The position numbers and the translations under genes were made by a program. Positions 1-8,049 of a stretch of 64,000 nucleotides of DNA are shown piece after piece. The DNA is from Verrucomicrobiales bacterium (lineage in GTDB: Bacteria; Verrucomicrobiota; Verrucomicrobiia; Limisphaerales; SXTU01). Location: positions 380-64,379 of the forward strand of contig SXTU01000249.1 of the NCBI GenBank assembly GCA_005791875.1, given 5' to 3'. Positions within the stretch are counted from its first letter, which is position 1, and every line of letters starts with the position of its first letter. Under the pieces are notes generated by a model, which saw nothing but the letters and a program-made list of their open reading frames with translations, ran no database searches and was not told the DNA's origin.

Positions 1-117
1 CGTAGCCTTGGGCGGATTACTTGGGGATGATCTCGGCGATTTGCCCGCAGGCCTCGATGTCTTTGAGCAGGCGCTCGACCTCCGCGAGGTCGAGCGTGAT
101 GGAGCAAAGATCAGGCA

Positions 118-219
118 GTGCCGGCGATTTGCAATCGCCGTCCGCGACGCTGGGTGACTCGGACGCGGGTGGTGCTTTCGAATCCAACGGGCGGCGACTG
201 GAAGCCGCCGGCACGGGGG
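118..219. repeat. REP family C doublet (GTGCCGGCGG-yTGCAAr-CCGCCGTCCGTGG hairpin), opposite orientations
   Basis: 118-146 gtgccggcgatttgcaatcgccgtccgcg. 184-219 ccaacgggcggcgactggaagccgccggcacggggg. Confidence 0.8.
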
Positions 220-230
220 CGGGCGTGGTC

Positions 231-257
231 ATGGTTTCAGTCATGGTTTCAGTCATG
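231..257. repeat. 12-nt tandem duplication
   Basis: atggtttcagtc x2 plus a partial unit, overlapping the cytochrome c stop (249-251). Confidence 0.7.
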
Positions 258-1046
258 GGCGACGAGGCGTTGGTCGAGACGGGCATCAGGCGCGTGGCAT
301 CGCGTGCAGAGCAGGCGCTCGACGTGCGGCGTGCGGCGGCCGTAGAGGCCGCCGGGGCCGTGGCAGCGGAGGCAATCGCTGCGCATCAGCGTGGCGTGGG
401 GAATCGTGGGCGGTGCGCCGGGCCACGCGCGCTTGCCGGGGCGGAAGGCAGCGAAGCCGGTGAAGTTGTTTCCGCTCAACGGCTCGCGCAGCGCGGTGTC
501 GCCGACGGGAATCTGCGGGCCGCCAGCGGGGACGTGGCATTGGGTGCAGTTGCTGAAGTGCGCGTGGCTGACCTTCGAGGCGGTGCGGTCTTTGAGGGCG
601 AGGCCGCTCGCGCGACACGCGAGGCACGCGGCGGAGGAGTCTTGCGGGATGGGATGCCGCACGAGAGGCGGTGCCCCATCGAACGCGCGGCGGGCCTGCC
701 GTTGCGCGACGGCGGCGGCGCGAAATTCCGGCGGCGCGTTCGTCGTCAGCGCGAGGCGCGGCGGGCTGGCCAGCAGGTGCAGGACGCTGCGCCAGCCGGC
801 GTTGGGGCCGCTGCGTTTCTGGTTCACCTCGCTGTAGCTCACGATGCCCGGGACGGAGCGGTCTGCGTTCACGCCGCTGCGACTGGCTTGGGCAGTGGAG
901 AGTTCTGTCGGTCGCGTGAGGCTGACTTGCGAGCGTGTCTGGCGCAGGCCCATGAAGTAACCGCTGACCGCCGCCGTGATGAGCACGGCCAGCAGCACAC
1001 GGCGCGTGGCGCGATGGCGGTTGAAGGATGGCAGCCAGTCGTTCAT
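249..1046 (-). CDS. membrane-anchored tri-haem c-type cytochrome
   Basis: Internal ATG (cat 1044-1046) of the 621-aa ORF 249..2114. TM helix RRVLLAVLITAAVSGYF and three CxxCH motifs (CTQCH, CLRCH, CTRCH). The ORF upstream of 1046 reads through REP elements. Confidence 0.6.
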   Translation of the reverse strand: MNDWLPSFNRHRATRRVLLAVLITAAVSGYFMGLRQTRSQVSLTRPTELSTAQASRSGVNADRSVPGIVSYSEVNQKRSGPNAGWRSVLHLLASPPRLALTTNAPPEFRAAAVAQRQARRAFDGAPPLVRHPIPQDSSAACLACRASGLALKDRTASKVSHAHFSNCTQCHVPAGGPQIPVGDTALREPLSGNNFTGFAAFRPGKRAWPGAPPTIPHATLMRSDCLRCHGPGGLYGRRTPHVERLLCTRCHAPDARLDQRLVAHD

Positions 1047-1089
1047 GGAGAGCGGTCGCTTTGAAGCCACGACGCGCAGGCGTAGCAAG

Positions 1090-1144
1090 CCTTCTCCCTT
1101 CGCGCAGCGAGGGGAGAAGGTGGCCGCAGGCCGGATGAGGGGTG
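1090..1144. repeat. REP family B (reverse orientation)
   Basis: ccttctcccttcgcgcagcgaggggagaaggtggccgcaggccggatgaggggtg, the reverse complement of the 59576-59630 type. Confidence 0.85.
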
Positions 1145-1169
1145 CGGCCACCAACGCCGACGCACGAAA

Positions 1170-1212
1170 CCCCTCACCCCGGCCCTCTCCCCTCCTCCGA
1201 GGCAGGGAGAAG
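1170..1212. repeat. REP family A (CCCCTCACCCCGGCCCTCTCCCC + short hairpin)
   Basis: cccctcaccccggccctctcccctcctccgaggcagggagaagg. Same core as 3344, 6410, 36876(rc) and 59503(rc). Confidence 0.85.
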
Positions 1213-1279
1213 GCGCGTGTCGTTGCGTTTGGTTGTCCTTCCACCGATTGCCAACAAGAGTTGCTAGCAGGCCCCGCAG

Positions 1280-1383
1280 CCCCGTGCCGGCGGCTTCCAG
1301 CCGCCGTCCGTGGGTAACAGCAGTGTGAGACTTCTCCACCTGACGCACGCGCAAGGCGGCGGCTGGAAGCCGCCGGCACGGGG
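1280..1383. repeat. REP family C doublet
   Basis: 1280-1314 ccccgtgccggcggcttccagccgccgtccgtggg. 1353-1383 aaggcggcggctggaagccgccggcacgggg. Confidence 0.8.
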
Positions 1384-1400
1384 CACTGGCAACCCGCTCC

Positions 1401-2045
1401 ATGAATCCCGACTCCACCACCGCACCAAGAAGCGCCGCTGAGTTCTGCCGGCAATACCCGCGCTTCCTTGCCAGCGCGTTCGTGAGCGGCCCGGCCTTCA
1501 TCATCATCGCCATCCAAATCATCCCCCGCGTCATCCACTCCGACTTCGGCGGAGGCCCCATCCGCACGCTGCTGAACATCATGCGCGTGACCATCCTCAT
1601 CAACCTGCTCCTGGTCGGCTCCGAGGTCTTCGTGGAGTTCTACACCGGCGGCTCGCACACCAGCGCTGCGTATTACCTCTACTTCGGCCGGCACCGCCAC
1701 CACGCACTCGTGCCGTGGATTTGGTCCTCGGTCGCGGTGACCGTCAGCGCCGCCGGCCTGCTGCTTTCCCCGCGCGCCGTGGCCGACCGACGCCTGCTGA
1801 ACCTCGCCTGCGTGCTGGCCTTCGCCGGCATCTGGATTGAGAAGGGCATGAGCCTCATTATCCCCGGCTTCATCCCCTCGACGCTGCACGAGGTCGTGGA
1901 ATATTTGCCGAACGTGATGGAGTGGAAAATCACCGCCGGCATTTGGGCACTCGGGCTGATGATCTACACCGTGGCCATCAAGGTGACGATCAACGTCATC
2001 GGCGCAGGCCGGAAGCGCTTCAGCGTGTTGCCGCCGGAGGCGTGA
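1401..2045 (+). pseudogene. NrfD/PsrC-like polytopic membrane subunit, C-terminal half only (probable 5'-truncated remnant)
   Basis: 214 aa with about 5 TM helices and motifs FLASAFVSGPA and EKGMSLIIPGF, typical of the second half of NrfD-family proteins. An in-frame TGA at 1326-1328 and the REP pile-up at 1090-1383 leave no N-terminal half. Confidence 0.4.
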
Positions 2046-2074
2046 GGTGGGAAACAAGAATGCCTTCGGCCAAA

Positions 2075-2179
2075 CCTGTAGCGGCGGTCTGTGAGCGCCG
2101 TGCTTCAGCGGCAAAAGAAGTTGCGGCTGTTTCAGGCGGAAACCTGCGCAACTCGGCGGTCACAGACCGCGGCTACAGG
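2075..2179. repeat. REP family D (long inverted repeat CCTGTAGCGGCGGTCTGTGA ... TCACAGACCGCGGCTACAGG)
   Basis: Arms at 2075-2100 and 2155-2179. Ends 5 nt from the yacG stop. Confidence 0.8.
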
Positions 2180-2183
2180 TGGT

Positions 2184-2399
2184 TCACTCCGGCTTGTCGA
2201 GGTGTTCGCCCGGAGGCAGTTCGTCGAAGCCCTTGAAGTGCTCCGGGCGCAGCGGCTCGGAGACGACGTGTTTCTCGCTGAACCACTTGCCCAAGTCCAC
2301 GAGCCTGCAGCGCTTGGAGCAGAACGGCCCGAACGCGGTGGTAGACCAATCACCGGCCTTCTTGCACGCCGGGCACTTGATGGACTTCGGCTGGCTCAT
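2184..2399 (-). CDS. yacG: DNA gyrase inhibitor YacG (zinc-ribbon)
   Basis: 71 aa. CPACKK...FCSKRCRLVDLGKW matches the YacG signature CPxC..FCSxRCxxxDLGxW. The ATG (cat 2397-2399) overlaps the upstream stop by 4 nt. Confidence 0.8.
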   Translation of the reverse strand: MSQPKSIKCPACKKAGDWSTTAFGPFCSKRCRLVDLGKWFSEKHVVSEPLRPEHFKGFDELPPGEHLDKPE

Positions 2400-3523
2400 C
2401 GGAATGAAAGCTCCGGCGTGCGCAGCCACACGCCCGGTTGCGCGGCGGTTTGGCGGCAGGCATCCAACAGACCGGCGGTGAGCAGGCTGCGCTGCGTGGG
2501 CCACGGCGGTGTGCCGGTGCGGAAGAAGTCTTCGAGCGTCGCTGCCAGCCGGCTGTAGTGCTCCTGCGCGGGCACGGGCGCGCGGAAGAGTTGAGCGGAG
2601 AGATTGCTTCCGTCGGCGAGATGCACGGCGAAGTTGAAGTCGGCGACGACGCCATCCAGCACCATCAGCGCGGAGCGAACGCCGTCGGTGTGTTCCAGCA
2701 ACCAGCCGCGAGGGTTTGTCGCCAGCTTCGGCACGAGGCCGAGGCCAACCAAGTCCTGCGTGCGCCCGTCCAGAATTGCGTCGCCCTGCGGTGAGTCGGA
2801 GCGCGAGAGCGCGGCGGAGAGCAGCGGCCACGACCACTCGCGGCGGTCGCCCGCGCGCCAGGGTTCTCGGCCGGAGAGAAACTTCACCTGCCGCACGCCG
2901 CGCTCACCACTGGCGCGCCGTTCGAGGACGGGCAGCAAGCCGTCGAGCGCGTGCAGTTCGGCGAGCGGCGAAGCTCCTTGCACGACGATGAGCGCTTCGG
3001 CCACACGCGCCTGCGACGGCAAATCCATCTGCGGTAGCCGCCACGTGACGGGCAGCGTGGTGCCGGAGGCGAGCGTGACTTGTCGTGCAGCGGCGAGCGT
3101 GGAGAAGGTGTGCGCGGTGGCGAGGTTCGTGGCGAGTGCGCCGAAGACGAAGGATAATGCGCCACGCTTGGCGTGCGTCAGCGCGGTGGTGAGCTGGGCT
3201 TCAGAAGGAATGGCGGCGTCTGCACGCGGCACGATGACGATGGCATCGGCATCGCGCACAGCGGTAGGGACATCGCCGAAGGACTGGAGGCCGGAGTCGG
3301 TGATGCGCTGTTGCAGCAGGGCGTTGCCGTTGTCCGCACGAGGCCCCCTCACCCCGCCCTCTCCCCCGATGGGGGCGAGGGAGACAGAGACGCGAACGCC
3401 GTCGAGTTTGTGAAAGCCGCCGGCACGTCGGTAGCCAAGCAGGAAGCGGTCGAGGAGCTGTTGCGCGGGCGTTTGCAGCGCGAAGTCTTCGAGGACGAAG
3501 GCGATTTGGCGGAGCGGTTTCAT
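2396..3523 (-). CDS. hypothetical protein, signal-less paralog of the upstream Tat-signal protein
   Basis: 375 aa. Shares LPVTWRLP, ERRASGERGVRQVKF and a TGTPPWP block with ORF 3525..4829. Carries an in-frame REP-A insert (GGEGGVRGP). Confidence 0.7.
   Translation of the reverse strand: MKPLRQIAFVLEDFALQTPAQQLLDRFLLGYRRAGGFHKLDGVRVSVSLAPIGGEGGVRGPRADNGNALLQQRITDSGLQSFGDVPTAVRDADAIVIVPRADAAIPSEAQLTTALTHAKRGALSFVFGALATNLATAHTFSTLAAARQVTLASGTTLPVTWRLPQMDLPSQARVAEALIVVQGASPLAELHALDGLLPVLERRASGERGVRQVKFLSGREPWRAGDRREWSWPLLSAALSRSDSPQGDAILDGRTQDLVGLGLVPKLATNPRGWLLEHTDGVRSALMVLDGVVADFNFAVHLADGSNLSAQLFRAPVPAQEHYSRLAATLEDFFRTGTPPWPTQRSLLTAGLLDACRQTAAQPGVWLRTPELSFR
3344..3383. repeat. REP family A copy, in frame inside CDS 2396..3523
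   Basis: ccccctcaccccgccctctcccccgatgggggcgagggag. Translated on the minus strand as GGEGGVRGP. Confidence 0.85.
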
Positions 3524-3524
3524 T

Positions 3525-4829
3525 TCAACCAGTCCAAAAGTGCGGCCCCGGCGTGGGCTGGTAGCGGATGCGCAGGTCGGCCGTTTCCAGCTTCGCGCCG
3601 TCGGCGAAGAGCGAGTCCACGGCGAAAAGCGTCATGCCGGTAGTCAGGTAGTTACGTTCGATGGGCCACGACGGCTGGCCGGTCAGGACCATGCGCTCGA
3701 TGTGGTTCACCAGCGGGCTGAAGAAGTTCGCCAGCGTGGACATGGTCGGCGGCATCGGCAGGAACATCAGCGTGGAGAGCACGTCGCCGCGCTGCGTGAG
3801 GCCGGCGTAGGTGAAGTCGTTCAGCGCGGCGGTGTCGCGGCTGAACGCGGTGCCCGTGCCGTTGAAGTGGAAGATCGTCGTGCGGAAGCCGTCGAGATGC
3901 TCGAAGACGTAGGCGACCGCGAAGGGGCTGACGCGCTTGAGATGTTCGACGCTCGGCTCGACGAAGGTGTAGCCCGGCGCGGCCTTGAGTGTCTGGCTGC
4001 GATTAAGTGCGGCGAGGCAGAGCTTGCGCGTGGACTCGCGTTCGCCGAGCAAGCGCCACACGGCCTCGTTCTTGAAGGCTTGCACGGACTTCACGCCGAC
4101 TTCGCCGCCCGCCCGCCGCTCACTCATGCACTGCGCGGTCTCGATGGTGTGGATGTCGTAGTAGCCGTGATGCCCATAGCCCACGCCCACGCTCTCGACG
4201 AGCGGCGTGCCGAGGGGAATCTCAATCGCGGGAATGCGCCACGTGACCGGGAGTGACGAGCCGGCCATGAGCGGGAACCCGAGGCGTTGCGCGTCGCGGT
4301 AAGTTTCCTGCGCCTCGCGCCAGTCCATCGCGAAGTGCTTGTCCTGAAACACGGGCACGGATTGGTTCGTGCGCTCGAAGGTTTTCACCACGTCCTTGAA
4401 GAAGCGGAAGCGCGGGTAGAGCGGTTGGCCCTTCGCGTCGCGCGGGTAATCGCCGTGCTCGCCGATGATGAGCACACCGTCCACCGCGAGCCGCGACGTG
4501 CCGAGCGTGAGCGCCTCGGCGATGGTCGGGCAAAGCCGCACGCCGTGGCGGTGGCTGCGCTCGCGGCTCGTGTCGGTCTTGGGGAACTGCTCGACGTAGA
4601 GCGAAACCAGTTCGAGCGGCGACGTGTGGTGTTCGCCGTGCCAGCCGTAGCCTTCGAGCAAACGGTCAACGAAGTGCTGCCCGTGCGAGAACTTGCGGAC
4701 GATGGTGGTGATGAGCGCGACGCGCTTGCGCTTGGCGGGGTTCTTTGTCGCACCTTGAGACTTAGACAACGAAATGGCCGTTGCCGCCGTCGCGCCTGCG
4801 ACCCTGCGAGTGAATTCACGGCGATTCAT
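3525..4829 (-). CDS. Tat-signal protein of unknown function (Rossmann-like N-terminus)
   Basis: 434 aa. Twin-arginine leader MNRREFTRRVAGATAATAISL. LPVTWRIP and ERRAGGEVGVKSVQ blocks are shared with 2396..3523. 4-nt overlap with the upstream gene. Confidence 0.75.
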   Translation of the reverse strand: MNRREFTRRVAGATAATAISLSKSQGATKNPAKRKRVALITTIVRKFSHGQHFVDRLLEGYGWHGEHHTSPLELVSLYVEQFPKTDTSRERSHRHGVRLCPTIAEALTLGTSRLAVDGVLIIGEHGDYPRDAKGQPLYPRFRFFKDVVKTFERTNQSVPVFQDKHFAMDWREAQETYRDAQRLGFPLMAGSSLPVTWRIPAIEIPLGTPLVESVGVGYGHHGYYDIHTIETAQCMSERRAGGEVGVKSVQAFKNEAVWRLLGERESTRKLCLAALNRSQTLKAAPGYTFVEPSVEHLKRVSPFAVAYVFEHLDGFRTTIFHFNGTGTAFSRDTAALNDFTYAGLTQRGDVLSTLMFLPMPPTMSTLANFFSPLVNHIERMVLTGQPSWPIERNYLTTGMTLFAVDSLFADGAKLETADLRIRYQPTPGPHFWTG

Positions 4830-7800
4830 TTCTTACCCGGTATTGCGCCGGACATGAAGTAGGCGAAGAGGTCTTTCACCTGCTGCTCACTCAAGGCGTC
4901 GAGGAGGCCCTCGGGCATGAGGGAGATGTGGCTAGCTTGCATGGTCTTCACGTCGGTGCGGGCCAGCGAGTGCTTGTTGCCGGCAATGTCCAGCACCACG
5001 ACATGCTGGCCGTTGATTTCCGTGATGAGGCCGCCAAACGCCTGTCCGTCGTGGGTCTCGATGTTGAACCCGATGAACTCCTCCCGGATCGCGAGGCTGG
5101 GGTCCACGATGGCAGGAAGGATGAAGTCGAGGTTGTCGCGCTCATAGCCGGTGAGGTCGGGGCCGATTTTACCGCCCTCCTTGTTGAGCGTGTGGCAGAC
5201 GGCACAGGCCTGCTTGAAGATTTCGTGGCCGGCCTTCACGTCGCCTTTCGCGCCGGCGAGGAGCTTCCGCACCTTCGCGATTTGGGCTTCCTTCTCCTCG
5301 CTGCTCTTGGTGAGCCGGCCCCAGTGCTTCTTGATGAGTGCATCGCTGGTGGCGTCCTTGAACGCGGTGATGGCGAGGAGGTTGGCGATGGAGATTTGCT
5401 CCTTCTTGAGCTGACCCTCGTCCACGGCGGCGAGGAGGCGGCGGGACCAATCGGGGCGGCTGGCGAGCGCGGCTTGGGCGGTGTCGCGGAGCTTGGCGCT
5501 GAAGCCAGGGTAAAGGTCGAGCAACTCGCGCGCGATGTCCGGCGAGGCGAAGCGCTGGAGGGCGTTGATCAAGTCGAGGCGGAGCGCGTCGCTCTTCTCG
5601 AAGCGAAGGAGCTTGAGGAAGGTGGGCACGGCGACGTCCACGCGGCGCTCGGCAAGGAGGGTAGTGGTCTTGCGGCGGTCGGCCTCGGGGACTTTTGCGT
5701 CGCTGATGCGGGCGAGCGCGGCTTGCGCGGCGGGCGCGTGGCCGAGTCGGACGGCGAAGCTGATGAGCGTGGGCGTGGGCGGGCGGCTGGCCCAGAGGTC
5801 GGCGACCTTCTTCGCGAGCGCGGGCGGGACGGATTTCACAGGGTCGCCTTGCAGGCCGGCTTCCATGCCCTTGATGAGTTCGTCGGCGTCGGCGGGGCTG
5901 GGCGCGAGGGCGAAGAGCTTGGCGGCGGTTTCGAGGTTCGCGTCGGTGCGCTCGGCGGTGAAGCGTTGGCCGAGTCGCGCGATGATGAAGCGCTGCACGA
6001 TGGGCGCGTGCCAGAAGGTGCTGTCTTCCAACATGCGGAGAATGGCGTCGCGGTCAGTGGCGCACTTGCTCTCGACGGCCCACCAAAGCAGGAGGGGAAC
6101 GTGTTTGTCGGTCACGTCCTCGCTGCGGAGGAGCAGCTCGCGCGTGATGGGCAGGGCGTCCTTGCCGGGCAGGCGCGTGACGGTGCTGGCGAGTTGGACG
6201 CGGACTTCGGCGGCGGGTTCGGACTTCGCGGTGGCCAACAGCACGGCTTGCTGCTGCGGCGTGACGCGTTTGCGGTCGCCGAGGAGGCGGATGGTCCAGT
6301 AGCGGACCATTGCATTTGAGTGCTTGAGGGTTTGCAGGGCGAAGGCGTCGTCGAAGCCGCCGCTGGCGTTCACGGCCCAGAATGCTTCCAAGGCCAACTG
6401 GTTGTCGTGCCCCCTCACCCCGGCCCTCTCCCCCGATGGGGGCGAGGGAGAAGAAGTTGCGAGCGCAAGTTGCTTCAACTTCGGAAGGAGCGATTTATCG
6501 CCGCGATCCCACAGCACGCGCAGCGCGGTCTGGCGATGCCACTTGTTCGGGTGCGCGAGGAGCTTGATGAGTTCGTCGCCGGAGAGCTTGGTGAAATCCA
6601 TTTTTGCCCAACCAACTTTCGCGCCCGTCGCGGAGAGCCGGTAGATGCGGCCGGATTCCTTGTCCCACGTGTCGCGCGGGTCAAGGTGGCTGAGGCGGCT
6701 GTCGCACCAGTCGGCGAAGTAAATCGCGCCGTCGGGGCCGGTCTTCATGTCCACGGGGCGGAACCAGCGGTTGCTGGAGAGCACGCTCGTCTCGATGTCG
6801 GCGGTCTGGAAGCTCGACGTGTCGCGCGCGACCTTGCTTGCCATCACGCGGCTGGTGAGCGCCATGCCGACCACGATGTGGCCCTCGTATTGCGGGATGG
6901 CGCCGCCCTCGTAGTAGAGCATCGCCTGCGGGAAGCGCGGCTCGTAGCCCTTGTGCGCCATGTGCTCGAACCACCCGAAGCGATACGGACTCATCGCGGG
7001 GCCGTGCTTGGACCAGCCCTTGATGTAGAGCGCGCCCTGGGCGTAGTGCAGGCCGCGCGTCTGGCCGTAGTTCGAGCCGGAGAAGACGCGGCCCTGCGCA
7101 TCGAACTCGACGGAGAAGGTGTTGCCGCCGCCCTCGGCGAAGACCTCGAAGTCGCCACTCACGGGATGGTAACGCCAGATGGCCTGGCCGAGGAACTTCA
7201 CGCCCTTGATGTCCGCCGTGCAGGTGCTGCCGTGCGCGCCGTAGAGCCAGCCGTCCGGCCCCCACGCGAGCGAGTTCGCGCCGCTGTGCGTGTCTTCGAG
7301 GCCGAAGCCGGCGAGCTTCACCTCGGGCGGGCCGTCGGGGATGTCGTCGCGGTTTTTGTCCGGGTAGAAGAGCAGGTAAGGCGGATTCAAAATCCACACG
7401 CCGCCGCGTCCGGTGACGACGCTGCGCGCGATGTTCAGGTCGCTGACGAAGTCCTTGGCCTTGTCGAAAGTGCCGTCGCCGTTGGTGTCTTCGAGGATGG
7501 TGATGCGGTCTTTGCCTTTGATGTGGTTAGGCGGAGCAGGAGGAACTTTGTCGTAAATGGCGCGGAGGTATTGGTCATACTTCGTGACCTTGAGGCCGGC
7601 GGGAAACGGGTATTGGAGATACTGCACGACCCACATCCGGCCGCGGTCATCGAAGTGGATGTTGAGCGGTTGGCGGACCATCGGCTCCGTCGCGGCGAGG
7701 TCCCAGCGGAGGCCGGGGGCGACTTGAAATTGCGCGAGCGACTCGGCGGGCGTGGGCTTCGCGGAGCCGTCCTGGAGCATCCCGCCGCCCTTGAAGCGCT

Positions 7801-7903
7801 TCACGAACTCGGCCATCTCGGGGGTGAAGCGCGGGTCGGGAGGCGCATCTGCGGCATGAAGGGAGACGGCGAGAGTGAGGGCGGCGAAGGTGAGCAAACG
7901 CAT
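4826..7903 (-). CDS. PVC-type membrane-bound dehydrogenase domain / HEAT repeat / C-terminal haem-binding CxxCH protein
   Basis: Start at MRLLTFAALTLAVSLHAADA (cat 7901-7903, signal peptide). N-terminal beta-propeller dehydrogenase-like region, central HEAT-like repeats, C-terminal CAVCHTLNKEGGKIGPDLTG cytochrome c motif. In-frame REP-A at 6410-6450. Confidence 0.85.
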   Translation of the reverse strand: MRLLTFAALTLAVSLHAADAPPDPRFTPEMAEFVKRFKGGGMLQDGSAKPTPAESLAQFQVAPGLRWDLAATEPMVRQPLNIHFDDRGRMWVVQYLQYPFPAGLKVTKYDQYLRAIYDKVPPAPPNHIKGKDRITILEDTNGDGTFDKAKDFVSDLNIARSVVTGRGGVWILNPPYLLFYPDKNRDDIPDGPPEVKLAGFGLEDTHSGANSLAWGPDGWLYGAHGSTCTADIKGVKFLGQAIWRYHPVSGDFEVFAEGGGNTFSVEFDAQGRVFSGSNYGQTRGLHYAQGALYIKGWSKHGPAMSPYRFGWFEHMAHKGYEPRFPQAMLYYEGGAIPQYEGHIVVGMALTSRVMASKVARDTSSFQTADIETSVLSSNRWFRPVDMKTGPDGAIYFADWCDSRLSHLDPRDTWDKESGRIYRLSATGAKVGWAKMDFTKLSGDELIKLLAHPNKWHRQTALRVLWDRGDKSLLPKLKQLALATSSPSPPSGERAGVRGHDNQLALEAFWAVNASGGFDDAFALQTLKHSNAMVRYWTIRLLGDRKRVTPQQQAVLLATAKSEPAAEVRVQLASTVTRLPGKDALPITRELLLRSEDVTDKHVPLLLWWAVESKCATDRDAILRMLEDSTFWHAPIVQRFIIARLGQRFTAERTDANLETAAKLFALAPSPADADELIKGMEAGLQGDPVKSVPPALAKKVADLWASRPPTPTLISFAVRLGHAPAAQAALARISDAKVPEADRRKTTTLLAERRVDVAVPTFLKLLRFEKSDALRLDLINALQRFASPDIARELLDLYPGFSAKLRDTAQAALASRPDWSRRLLAAVDEGQLKKEQISIANLLAITAFKDATSDALIKKHWGRLTKSSEEKEAQIAKVRKLLAGAKGDVKAGHEIFKQACAVCHTLNKEGGKIGPDLTGYERDNLDFILPAIVDPSLAIREEFIGFNIETHDGQAFGGLITEINGQHVVVLDIAGNKHSLARTDVKTMQASHISLMPEGLLDALSEQQVKDLFAYFMSGAIPGKK
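6410..6450. repeat. REP family A copy, in frame inside CDS 4826..7903
   Basis: ccccctcaccccggccctctcccccgatgggggcgagggag, near-identical to 3344-3383. Translated as PSPPSGERAGVRGH. Confidence 0.85.
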
Positions 7904-7974
7904 AACGTGCGACGGGTGCGGTGTCGTGATACCGGCGTTCGACGCGAGGGGCAAGGCGGCTGTTCGGCGCGGAC

Positions 7975-8049
7975 GTAAGGCGGACACTCTTGTCCGCTGT
8001 GGGCGGCTGCGTCGGGATTCCTGAACGGGGACAGGAGTGTCCCCGCTAC
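7975..8049. repeat. REP family E doublet (GGGACA-N4-TGTCCC hairpins)
   Basis: gtaaggcggacactcttgtccgctgtggg and ctgaacggggacaggagtgtccccgctac. The second copy contains the plsC stop (cta 8046-8048). Confidence 0.85.

Noticed and set aside
17-286. 89-aa ORF on the minus strand at the window edge (MPVSTNASSPMTETMTETMTT...LLKDIEACGQIAEIIPK).
   Set aside because: Most of it is encoded by a 12-nt tandem duplication and two REP-C hairpins (GDCKSPA-type translation), and it overlaps the cytochrome c stop. Only the last approx. 30 aa look protein-like. That is not enough to call a gene, though a small or truncated CDS cannot be excluded.
249-2114. N-terminal extensions of several ORF-track entries: 249..2114, 4826..8056, 25747..27687, 37403..39271, 40483..41196, 46006..48006, 49979..52159, 21581..22153, 20781..21503, 39334..40386, 42001..43203.
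   Set aside because: The extensions read through REP or hairpin elements or the antisense of neighbouring genes. Internal starts give proper signal peptides or N-termini matching the family.
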